Part shown: positions 33,582 to 41,550 of the stretch, one piece after another | Position numbering within the stretch: position 1 is the stretch's first letter | How the letters are laid out: every line of letters begins with the position of its first letter | DNA from: an uncultured bacterium | GTDB lineage: Bacteria > Actinomycetota > Actinomycetes > Nanopelagicales > Nanopelagicaceae | Reading direction: 5' to 3' | Assembly (NCBI GenBank): GCA_963923215.1 | Contig: CAWULH010000001.1 | Coordinates: 1 to 41,550, forward strand | Length of the DNA stretch: 41,550 nt | Translations under genes and position numbers: made by a program | Notes under the pieces: model-generated | Databases searched by the model: none | The model's input: the letters and a program-made list of their open reading frames with translations, nothing else | Told to the model about the DNA's origin: nothing

Positions 33582-33616
33582 ACTAATTAAATAAGCAAGT
33601 TAAATAAGATAGTGGT

Positions 33617-35860
33617 ATGAGTACAAGAGAGCGTCGCGAACGTAGTGATAAAGCGGATCGCGACCTCTCTGTATTATTTCTAGAAGCATCTGCTAAACAT
33701 AAGATCTCCACTGAAGATATTGCGCTAGCGTCGGTTGGTGGATATGGCCGGGGAGAACTATCCCCAGGTTCTGACTTAGATATAACAATTATCCATCGAA
33801 TAAAAAATATAAAATTAGATGAATTTGTTTCCGATTTTCTTTATCCACTTTGGAGTTCTGGTACTCCCGTGGATCATTCCGTTCGAACTATTAGTGAACT
33901 AATAGAAATAGGCCGGAGTGATGTTCGAGTAGTACTAGGCGCTCTTGACTTAAGGCACTTGGCTGGAAATCCTGAAATTACAAATGAGGCAAATGAGAAA
34001 ATATTAAAACTCTGGCAAACAAATACCAAAAAATATTTTCCAGAGATTAGAGAGTCAATATATGAAAGGACAGAACGGAGCGGTGAACTTGCTTTTCTCT
34101 TAGAACCCGATCTCAAAGAGGCTCGAGGGGGCCTGCGCGATATAAATATTCTAAGAGCAATATCAAAGTTGGGCACATTTACCGTTCCACTGGAAAAAAT
34201 CTCAGAGGCGGAACTTCTACTTCTAAATGTTCGCGATGCTCTTCACATGGCGTCATCTAAACCACGTGATCAATTAATGCTTACCGAACAGGACAAAGTT
34301 GCTGAAGATATGCAATTTAAAGATGCAGATACTTTAATGCTCGAGGTAGCAAAATCGGCACGAACAGTAGATTACGTATCTGAAACCGTTTGGCATGCCA
34401 TTGAACATACTAAAAAGAGATTCTCATTTAAAAAGGCAATTAAATTATCTACCGGAATCCTCTCTGAAAATAATGAAATTAGATTTGAAGATAAATTTTC
34501 AATCGAAGGCCATCCCGAAATTGCTTTTAGAATGGCAGCGATTGCGGCCCAACAAGGGTTACCAATTGCTCCAGATGCGGTAGTACAAATCTCGGCAAAT
34601 TTCTTGCCAATTAAATCGCCTTGGAGTCGGCAAGCACGAGAGGATTTAATTTCTCTAATTGGTGCAGGAATACCAATGATTCGAGTAATTGAAGCACTTG
34701 ATCAAGAGAATTTAATATCAAAGTGGATTCCAGAATGGGAGCACGTCCGTTTTCTTCCGCAACGGAATGTTCTACATCGCCATACCGTAGATAGACATAT
34801 GTTAGAAACGGCTGTCGAAGCCGCAAAATTAACTAGAACCGTAAGAAGACCTGATTTACTTTTATTTGCTTCCTTATTTCATGACATCGGTAAGGGCTTT
34901 CCGAATAAAGATCACAGCGAATTTGGAGCAGAACTAATGGGCAAATTGGCAAAGCGAATTGGATTCTCACAACCCGATGTAGATGTATTGGTTTTTCTCG
35001 TTAGAGAGCATTTAACTCTTTCAACTGCGGCAACGCGTAGAGATTTAGATGATCCACACACAATCGCAGATGTAGTAGCCAAAGTGAAATCCCATGAAAA
35101 CTTACATCTACTGCATGCCCTTTCAATTGCTGACGGTAAGGCGACTGGAAAAACTGCATGGTCAGATTGGAAGGCAAAATTAATATCTGATTTAGTCTTC
35201 CGTTGTAGTGCAGCAATGTCTGGAGAGGAGCCAGTTGCTCCGCCCGACTTATCACTGCCAGCAGGGTTCAATGAACAAATCAGAGTAGCAGTATCTCAAA
35301 ATGAATCTAACTATGAATTGGAAATTATTGTTAAGGACCAAGTAGGACTCTTATCTGCAATTGCCGGAGTACTTAGCATTAATCGATTTGACCTACGAAA
35401 TGCTAAAACTAAGACGATAGGTGAATACGCCATAGGAAAATGGATTGTTGCCCCAGATGTAAATGCCGAGCTACCTAATGCAAAAAAGTTAACAGAGCAG
35501 ATATCGAGAGCAATTAAAGGCGAATTGGATTTAGAAAAGAAAATAGATGAGCGAATTGATTACTATCGGAAACTTCCTGGAATATTAACGCCAGATCCAA
35601 TCGTTTACGCTTCAAATGACTTGGCGTCAAATGCAACCGTACTTGAAGTTCGAATGCACGATAGACCAGGAATTTTATATAGTGTAGCCAAATCTATTTC
35701 TCGTTACGGTTTTGATATTAAAGCAATCGTAGTTTCCACTCTAGGCGCAGAAGCATTTGATACGCTCTATTTAACCACTGCCTCCGGTGAACCGCTAAAA
35801 GAAGATCGGGCAAAACTCCTGGCAAACCAAGTGGAATCTGCACTTATAACTTATAGATAA
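33617..35860 (+). CDS. glnD: PII nucleotidyltransferase GlnD
   Basis: VGGYGRGELSPGSDLD, EPDLKEARGGLRD, HD domain (FHDIGKG), C-terminal ACT domains. Confidence 0.94.
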   Translation: MSTRERRERSDKADRDLSVLFLEASAKHKISTEDIALASVGGYGRGELSPGSDLDITIIHRIKNIKLDEFVSDFLYPLWSSGTPVDHSVRTISELIEIGRSDVRVVLGALDLRHLAGNPEITNEANEKILKLWQTNTKKYFPEIRESIYERTERSGELAFLLEPDLKEARGGLRDINILRAISKLGTFTVPLEKISEAELLLLNVRDALHMASSKPRDQLMLTEQDKVAEDMQFKDADTLMLEVAKSARTVDYVSETVWHAIEHTKKRFSFKKAIKLSTGILSENNEIRFEDKFSIEGHPEIAFRMAAIAAQQGLPIAPDAVVQISANFLPIKSPWSRQAREDLISLIGAGIPMIRVIEALDQENLISKWIPEWEHVRFLPQRNVLHRHTVDRHMLETAVEAAKLTRTVRRPDLLLFASLFHDIGKGFPNKDHSEFGAELMGKLAKRIGFSQPDVDVLVFLVREHLTLSTAATRRDLDDPHTIADVVAKVKSHENLHLLHALSIADGKATGKTAWSDWKAKLISDLVFRCSAAMSGEEPVAPPDLSLPAGFNEQIRVAVSQNESNYELEIIVKDQVGLLSAIAGVLSINRFDLRNAKTKTIGEYAIGKWIVAPDVNAELPNAKKLTEQISRAIKGELDLEKKIDERIDYYRKLPGILTPDPIVYASNDLASNATVLEVRMHDRPGILYSVAKSISRYGFDIKAIVVSTLGAEAFDTLYLTTASGEPLKEDRAKLLANQVESALITYR

Positions 35861-35869
35861 GATTTATAC

Positions 35870-37327
35870 ATGTTTGAATCGCTCACTGCCAAGTTTGCGA
35901 GTGCTTTCACTTCAATAAGAAGTAAGGGTCGCTTAAAGAACAGCGACATTGCTGAAATTGCTTCGGAAATTAAATCAGCGTTATTGGATTCAGATGTCAA
36001 TATTGATGTTGCTAATACTTTTGTTGAAAATATAAGTAGAGATATTAATAGTCAATTAGATGACTTGAATAAAGGCACAAATCCTTCACAAGCTGTCTTT
36101 AAAGTTGTAAATGATGAACTAATAAAAATTCTTGGTGGGCAGGCTAGGCGAATTCGATTCGCAAAAAATCCACCAACTGTAATTCTTTTAACCGGATTGC
36201 AAGGTGCTGGTAAAACTTCCCTTGCTGGAAAATTAGCAAAGTGGTTAAAAGATCAAGGCAATACACCTCTCCTCATCGCATCTGACCTACAGCGTCCAAA
36301 TGCGGTTACCCAATTACAAGTTGTTGGTGAATCAGTAAAGGTTCCAGTATTTGCGCCCGAGCCAGGCAATGGTGTTGGTAATCCAGTTAAAGTTGCAAAA
36401 GCTGGAATTGATTTTGCAAAATCAAAACTTCATAACGTTGTAATTGTCGATACTGCTGGAAGATTAGGTGTCGATGAAGAGTTAATGAAACAGGCTCGAG
36501 ACATCAAGGATGCAATTAATCCCGATGAAGTTCTTTATGTCGTCGATGCAATGGTGGGACAAGATGCCCTAAAAACTGCAACTGCCTTTGATGTTGGAGT
36601 AGGAATTGATGGTGTAGTTCTGACGAAACTTGATGGCGATGCTAGAGGTGGCGCAGCTTTATCGATTGCATCGGTTTTAGGTAAACCAATTTTCTTTGCG
36701 GCTACTGGTGAAAAAAATTCAGACTTTGATCTCTTTTACCCGGATCGAATGGCCTCACGTATTTTGGGAATGGGTGATGTCCAAACGCTGGCAGAACAAG
36801 CTAAGAATGCTTTTGATTCGCAAGCAACAAAAAAGTTAGAAGATAAATTTATAAAGGGCGAGGATTTCACATTGGATGATTTCCTAGCCCAACTTGAGGG
36901 TATGAAAAAAATGGGTTCGATGTCAAAATTATTAGGCATGCTACCTGGAGCAAATTCGGGTGCGCTAAAGAAGCAATTAGAGCAATTTGATGATTCCGAG
37001 TTAATTAAGACCCAATCAATAGTTCAATCGATGACGCCAATTGAACGGAACGACCCAAAGGTCTTAAATGGTTCAAGACGAGCAAGAATCGCAAAGGGAA
37101 GCGGTCGCCAAGTTTCAGATGTAAATAATTTGGTAGATCGTTTTTTACAGGCACAGAAAGTTATGAAACAGATGCGCTCTGGGAAAATGCCAAATCTTCC
37201 GGGCATGAATGGATTGGGAGGCATGAGTGGAGTTGCGAATATGCCTTCCCCAAAAATTAGTACGCCACCTAAGAAGAAATCTCGCTCGGGTAATCCAGCA
37301 AAACGTGCTCTTGAGGAGCGTGGATAA
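35870..37327 (+). CDS. ffh: Signal recognition particle protein
   Basis: GLQGAGKT, DTAGR, M domain, SRRARIAKGSG. Confidence 0.97.
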   Translation: MFESLTAKFASAFTSIRSKGRLKNSDIAEIASEIKSALLDSDVNIDVANTFVENISRDINSQLDDLNKGTNPSQAVFKVVNDELIKILGGQARRIRFAKNPPTVILLTGLQGAGKTSLAGKLAKWLKDQGNTPLLIASDLQRPNAVTQLQVVGESVKVPVFAPEPGNGVGNPVKVAKAGIDFAKSKLHNVVIVDTAGRLGVDEELMKQARDIKDAINPDEVLYVVDAMVGQDALKTATAFDVGVGIDGVVLTKLDGDARGGAALSIASVLGKPIFFAATGEKNSDFDLFYPDRMASRILGMGDVQTLAEQAKNAFDSQATKKLEDKFIKGEDFTLDDFLAQLEGMKKMGSMSKLLGMLPGANSGALKKQLEQFDDSELIKTQSIVQSMTPIERNDPKVLNGSRRARIAKGSGRQVSDVNNLVDRFLQAQKVMKQMRSGKMPNLPGMNGLGGMSGVANMPSPKISTPPKKKSRSGNPAKRALEERG

Positions 37328-37488
37328 GAGGCGATTTGGTCTGACCACCCACAACTGGCAAAATTGGTCACCTGTCAGGGGCCCTCTACCCCCAGACCAA
37401 AGAGAAAAGTTAGGTAATAACTTTTACAACGCTCCCACTGTTGTAATTGTTGGAACCAATTTAAACCAAAAAATAGGAGCAATTTTTA

Positions 37489-38037
37489 GTGTCAGTAAAG
37501 ATTCGTTTAATGCGTACTGGAAAAATCCGTACGCCATATTTCCGTATTGTTGTGTCAGATTCACGTAAGGCCCGTAATGGACTTTCAATTGAAGAGATTG
37601 GTCGTTTTTCGCCTTCATCTGAACCATCTCTGATCGAAGTTAATTCCGATCGAGCACAATATTGGCTCGGTGTAGGTGCACAACCAACTGAAGCTGTAGA
37701 GGCTATTTTAAAAATTACCGGCGACTGGCAGAAGTCAAAAGGCTTGCCAGGTTCAGAAGGAACTCTTAAGAAGATCGCACCTAAGACGCCAAAGCAAGTT
37801 GCTTATGAAGCAGCAGTTAAAGATGCGCAGAACGCCCCAGCAGATGGTGCAACCACAATGAAAAAGAAGGCTGCAGAGAAATTAGCTGCAAAGTCTGCTC
37901 CAGTTGTTGAAACGCCTGTTGCAGAAGAAGCTCCTGCAAGTGAAGTTGTGGCGGAGGCTCCAACTGAAGCTGTGGCAGAAGTAAGCGAAACTCCTGCGAG
38001 CGAAACTGCTGAAGTTACTGAAACTCCTGCGGAGTAA
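37489..38037 (+). CDS. rpsP: 30S ribosomal protein S16 with acidic tail
   Basis: [26 protein letters not shown]. Confidence 0.96.
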   Translation: MSVKIRLMRTGKIRTPYFRIVVSDSRKARNGLSIEEIGRFSPSSEPSLIEVNSDRAQYWLGVGAQPTEAVEAILKITGDWQKSKGLPGSEGTLKKIAPKTPKQVAYEAAVKDAQNAPADGATTMKKKAAEKLAAKSAPVVETPVAEEAPASEVVAEAPTEAVAEVSETPASETAEVTETPAE

Positions 38038-38042
38038 TAAAA

Positions 38043-38282
38043 ATGATTGATGAGGCGCTAGAGCATCTCGTTAAAGGAATCGTAGATAATCCTGACGATG
38101 TTGTTATCTCTGAAAAAAACCACCGTCGCGGAACTACTCTTGAAGTAAGAGTTAATCCCGAAGATATTGGGAAGGTAATTGGACGTAACGGTCGAACTGC
38201 GCGCGCATTACGAACCGTAATTAGTGCAATTGCAGGAAAACCAGTTCGGGTGGATTTAATTGAGGCGGACGAAGGTCGTTAA
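38043..38282 (+). CDS. khpA: KH-domain RNA-binding protein KhpA
   Basis: DIGKVIGRNGRTARALR. Confidence 0.92.
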   Translation: MIDEALEHLVKGIVDNPDDVVISEKNHRRGTTLEVRVNPEDIGKVIGRNGRTARALRTVISAIAGKPVRVDLIEADEGR

Positions 38283-38786
38283 GTGCTTCTGGTAGTTGCT
38301 CGCATCGGGCGACCTCATGGGGTGCACGGTGAAGTAACTATTGAAGTTCGCACAGATTCTCCTGCAGAAAGATTTTTGGTTGGTTCTTCTCTCCAAACAG
38401 ATCCCTCGCAAGTTGGTCCCCTGACTATCGAGTCTGCTCGAGATCATAATGGAACGTTACTTCTAAAATTTAAGGAAATATCTGATCGTACTGGAATAGA
38501 AAAGTTAAAAAATGTAATTCTCTTGGCTGACGTTGATATTGATGCAGAATCCACAAACGATCAATTTCATTTTCAGCAATTAATCAAATGCACTGCATTT
38601 TTTGATACTGGACGAGAAATTGGCCCGATAATCGATGTTATACATATCCCAGGACAGGATCTACTCGTAATAAAACATGAGGGTCGAGAAGTCATGATCC
38701 CTTTTGTTAAAGAAATTGTTCCTATAGTTGACGTAAGAAATAAGAAAGTTATAGTGACAGAGAAAGAAGGGTTATTAGATGCCTAA
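38283..38786 (+). CDS. rimM: Ribosome maturation factor RimM
   Basis: IGRPHGVHGEV, MIPFV; rpsP operon position. Confidence 0.95.
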   Translation: MLLVVARIGRPHGVHGEVTIEVRTDSPAERFLVGSSLQTDPSQVGPLTIESARDHNGTLLLKFKEISDRTGIEKLKNVILLADVDIDAESTNDQFHFQQLIKCTAFFDTGREIGPIIDVIHIPGQDLLVIKHEGREVMIPFVKEIVPIVDVRNKKVIVTEKEGLLDA

Positions 38787-39465
38787 ATACGACGTCATAA
38801 CTATCTTTCCAGAGTATTTAAAACCTCTTCAATTATCTTTAATTGGTAAGGCTAGTGAAGCAGGATTAATTGAAATAAAAATTACTGATTTAAGAGATTT
38901 TGCAGAGGGCGTGCATAAGTCTGTTGATGACACCCCTTATGGTGGGGGCGCGGGAATGGTTATGTCTCCTGAACCTTGGGGAAAAGCTATTGATTCAGTT
39001 GCAGGACCTACAAATGACTTAATTATTCTAACTCCGGCGGGTAAAAGATTCGATCAAGCGACGGCAATTGAACTTAGTAAAGCCGAGCATATAATTTTTG
39101 CTTGCGGAAGATATGAAGGAATTGATCAGCGGGTTAAAGATTTTTATTCACATCAAGAAAATTTCAGAGTTCATGAAATCTCTATAGGAGATTATGTTTT
39201 AAATGGCGGGGAAGTTGCTGCATTAGTAATTTTAGAATCGACAATTAGGTTGATTCCTGGGGTGATTGGTAATCCGTCATCTTTAGATGAAGAGTCTCAT
39301 TCAATTTCAGGTGAAAATGAATATTTAGTCGAGTACCCAAATTACACAAAACCAGTGGAGTGGCGCGGCTTAAATGTTCCAGAAATTCTTCTCTCTGGTA
39401 ACCACGGCGCGATCGCTAAATGGCGTCAAGAAGAAGCTAAGGTAAGAACTAAGAAACTAAGGTAG
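38779..39465 (+). CDS. trmD: tRNA (guanine37-N1)-methyltransferase
   Basis: DDTPYGGGAGM, CGRYEGID, SIGDYVL, LLSGNH. Confidence 0.97.
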   Translation: MPKYDVITIFPEYLKPLQLSLIGKASEAGLIEIKITDLRDFAEGVHKSVDDTPYGGGAGMVMSPEPWGKAIDSVAGPTNDLIILTPAGKRFDQATAIELSKAEHIIFACGRYEGIDQRVKDFYSHQENFRVHEISIGDYVLNGGEVAALVILESTIRLIPGVIGNPSSLDEESHSISGENEYLVEYPNYTKPVEWRGLNVPEILLSGNHGAIAKWRQEEAKVRTKKLR

Positions 39466-39474
39466 GTTTATCTC

Positions 39475-40440
39475 ATGGCTTCAATTGATCCAGCGATTCA
39501 AACTAGATTAATTCGTGATCTTGAGCCAACCGTTGCCGCAGAATTAGATAGACATTTCGCAATAGCAAAAGACTGGTATCCACACGAGTATGTGCCTTGG
39601 AGTGAAGGTCGTAACTTTCCGGGAGTTATGGAAGGTGAAGCATGGGAACCTAAGGATTCCAAACTTACAAATATTGCCGCCGACTCTTTAGTCTTAAATT
39701 TATTAACTGAAGATAATCTTCCGAGTTACCACACTGAAATCGCTTTATCTATGGGCCGTGATGGTGCGTGGAATACCTGGATCAATCGTTGGACTGCAGA
39801 AGAGGCGCGCCACTCCGTAGTGCTTCGAGATTATTTAACGGTAACCAGGGGAGTAGATCCAGTCGCCCTTGAAAATTGGCGGATGGAACATATGCAAGTT
39901 GGATACACAACTCCATATGACAACGATATGTTGCACACGGTTGCTTATGTATCTTTTCAAGAATTAGCCACTCGAATTTCACATAGAAATACTGGTCGAA
40001 TTTCAAATGACCCAATATGTGAAAATATGTTGGCCCGCGTTGCTCTTGATGAAAATTTACATATGCTCTTTTATCGAAATACCCTTGGTGCTGCCCTTGA
40101 TCTCGAACCAAATGCAGCAATGATTGCAATCCGAGATGTATTGATGAACTTCAGTATGCCAGGACAGGGAATGCCTGGTTGGGGAAGAAAGTCAGTTCAG
40201 ATCGCACTTGCTGGAATTTATGATATGAAATTACATCTTGAAGATGTAGTGGCACCTGTTTTGCGAGCCTGGAATATTTTCGAAAGAGAAGATTTAACAG
40301 GTGAAGGTGCTGCCGCTCGAGATGAACTTGCTGCATTTTTACAGAACCTTGAAGCGGATGTCTCTAAATTTGTTGAAAAACGAGAATCACATTTTGAAAA
40401 GATGATTTCAAGGGGCCAAGAGTCAGTACGTCTCAAGTAA
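39475..40440 (+). CDS. Acyl-ACP desaturase (ferritin-like diiron, DesA family)
   Basis: WYPHEYVPW, LLTEDNLPSY, WTAEEARH, QELAT, DENLH diiron ligands. Confidence 0.9.
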   Translation: MASIDPAIQTRLIRDLEPTVAAELDRHFAIAKDWYPHEYVPWSEGRNFPGVMEGEAWEPKDSKLTNIAADSLVLNLLTEDNLPSYHTEIALSMGRDGAWNTWINRWTAEEARHSVVLRDYLTVTRGVDPVALENWRMEHMQVGYTTPYDNDMLHTVAYVSFQELATRISHRNTGRISNDPICENMLARVALDENLHMLFYRNTLGAALDLEPNAAMIAIRDVLMNFSMPGQGMPGWGRKSVQIALAGIYDMKLHLEDVVAPVLRAWNIFEREDLTGEGAAARDELAAFLQNLEADVSKFVEKRESHFEKMISRGQESVRLK

Positions 40441-40455
40441 TTTCAATTTAGAGCG

Positions 40456-40481
40456 GGAATAATCCCGACACGCCGAGCGTT
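40456..40481 (+). promoter_or_regulatory. ECF SigR/SigH-type promoter upstream of DUF4193 gene
   Basis: GGAAT(40456-40460)-18 nt-GTT(40479-40481). Confidence 0.6.
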
Positions 40482-40573
40482 AAGGTGCAATAGGCGGGGA
40501 TTTAGGTCAATATGCGCCCTGTTGGAAGCAAAACCATGTTGGTTTCATGCCAACCAGATTTTAAGGGGGTGCC

Positions 40574-40867
40574 ATGGCTACGGATTACGATTCACCGCGA
40601 AAAACCGATGAAGAGCAACACGAAGAATCCCTTGAGGAATTAAAAGCCAAGCGCGCCGATGCACAATCTGGCGTAATCGATGTTGATGAAGAGGAAGTAG
40701 AAAGCGTTGAACTTCCTGGTGCAGATTTATCTGGAGAAGAGTTGGCACTCCGGGTAGTGCCAAAACAGGAAGATGAATTTACCTGCTCCCGCTGCTTCTT
40801 AATTCACCATGCATCACAGTTAGCCAAAGGTGAGGGAGCTAAAGCAATCTGTAAAGATTGCGCCTAA
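40574..40867 (+). CDS. DUF4193 family protein
   Basis: MATDYDSPR..SLEEL..LPGADLSGEEL..EFTCSRCFLIHH..CKDC. Confidence 0.9.
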   Translation: MATDYDSPRKTDEEQHEESLEELKAKRADAQSGVIDVDEEEVESVELPGADLSGEELALRVVPKQEDEFTCSRCFLIHHASQLAKGEGAKAICKDCA

Positions 40868-41340
40868 TGTTCTGGATTGGCCAATAGGTTAATTAATCTA
40901 TCTCCATTCTCAGTCGAAATTAACCAAGCAGTTGTTTTATCCCGGGGGTCTCGCAAATCCATTTTCAACCCCGTGGAGACCCAGAATCGAATTTGAAGAT
41001 AGTCAAGTGGATTGCCTCCGGCACCCCTAGCAATTCGCATCTCTGAACTATTTAAATTCCTAAAATTAAATATAAATGCCCGCTCTATTGCCGCTGGCCC
41101 CACAAGTAGCCAACCTTGAGTAACCGTGATTCTTAATTGTGATTTTAAAAAACCATAAAGTGTTAATGCCAAGAGAATTACTCCGGATATCCACGTCGCC
41201 GAAATTGATAGAGCAGCCCATATCGCTAGAAGGATCGAAAGGTCCAAAAATATTACAAAGGCCCAGACAGTTGGAGACCATTTAATTACCTCTTTATATA
41301 AAGGCCTGCCATAACTCTGATCTCGATGGATATTTGGCAC
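40864..41340 (-). CDS. DUF3093 family membrane protein
   Basis: YxE motif, two TM segments, DPRDKTTAWLIST; neighbour of DUF4193. Probable GTG start 41340. Confidence 0.75.
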   Translation of the reverse strand: MPNIHRDQSYGRPLYKEVIKWSPTVWAFVIFLDLSILLAIWAALSISATWISGVILLALTLYGFLKSQLRITVTQGWLLVGPAAIERAFIFNFRNLNSSEMRIARGAGGNPLDYLQIRFWVSTGLKMDLRDPRDKTTAWLISTENGDRLINLLANPEH

Positions 41341-41375
41341 GGAGCAAAGGTACTTGATAACGCTAGGCTTGCCAT

Positions 41376-41550
41376 ATGAGCAGAGTTCCATCAACGACTC
41401 CACCAGATGATGCGGTTATTCCACCGCGCCACCGACAAGCGCCTGCACCTGGAACTCCAATTCCTTCTCACTATGGACATTGTTTTGGTTGCGGTGAATT
41501 ACATCCAACAGGTTTACATTTCACCGCTGTTGCAGGTGAAGGACAAACTT
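41376..41550 (+). CDS. PaaI family thioesterase, N-terminal part (runs off window)
   Basis: MSRVPSTTPPDDAVIPPRH..HYGHCFGCGELHPTGL; conserved DUF3093-thioesterase-dut locus. Confidence 0.75.
   Translation, partial: MSRVPSTTPPDDAVIPPRHRQAPAPGTPIPSHYGHCFGCGELHPTGLHFTAVAGEGQT

Noticed and set aside
33587-33608. TTAAATAAG direct repeat between glnK and glnD
   Set aside because: Short and AT-rich; plausibly chance or a small duplication at the -10 box
37890-38037. Glu/Ala/Pro-rich low-complexity tail on S16
   Set aside because: C-terminal extensions are common in actinobacterial S16

Overview
Compact, low-GC (roughly 40% by eye) actinobacterial core-genome region. Gene content and streamlining are most consistent with a freshwater acI/'Ca. 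Nanopelagicales'-type organism (inference). It joins conserved actinobacterial synteny blocks: comEA-comEC-holA-rpsT-lepA-hemW-dnaJ-rsmE-HIT-phoH-ybeY-CBS; FAH-gltX-tRNA(Gln)-tRNA(Glu)-IclR(ndgR)-leuCD-HU-plsC-gpsA-ddl-Lrp-thiL-rpmB-recG-rsmD-coaD-SepIVA-like-DUF177-rpmF-rnc-mutM-smc-ftsY-amtB-glnK-glnD-ffh-rpsP-khpA-rimM-trmD; and acyl-ACP desaturase-DUF4193-DUF3093-PaaI thioesterase. I see no mobile element, prophage, CRISPR array or defence island, and no clearly novel protein system. The interesting signals are regulatory or structural: many apparently leaderless promoters (three reuse the upstream stop codon as half of the -10 box), a ComEC frame with no canonical start codon, a structured rpsP leader with a possible anti-SD loop, a shared ribosomal-protein promoter motif, a SigR/SigH-type promoter before DUF4193, and several local gene losses or truncations.
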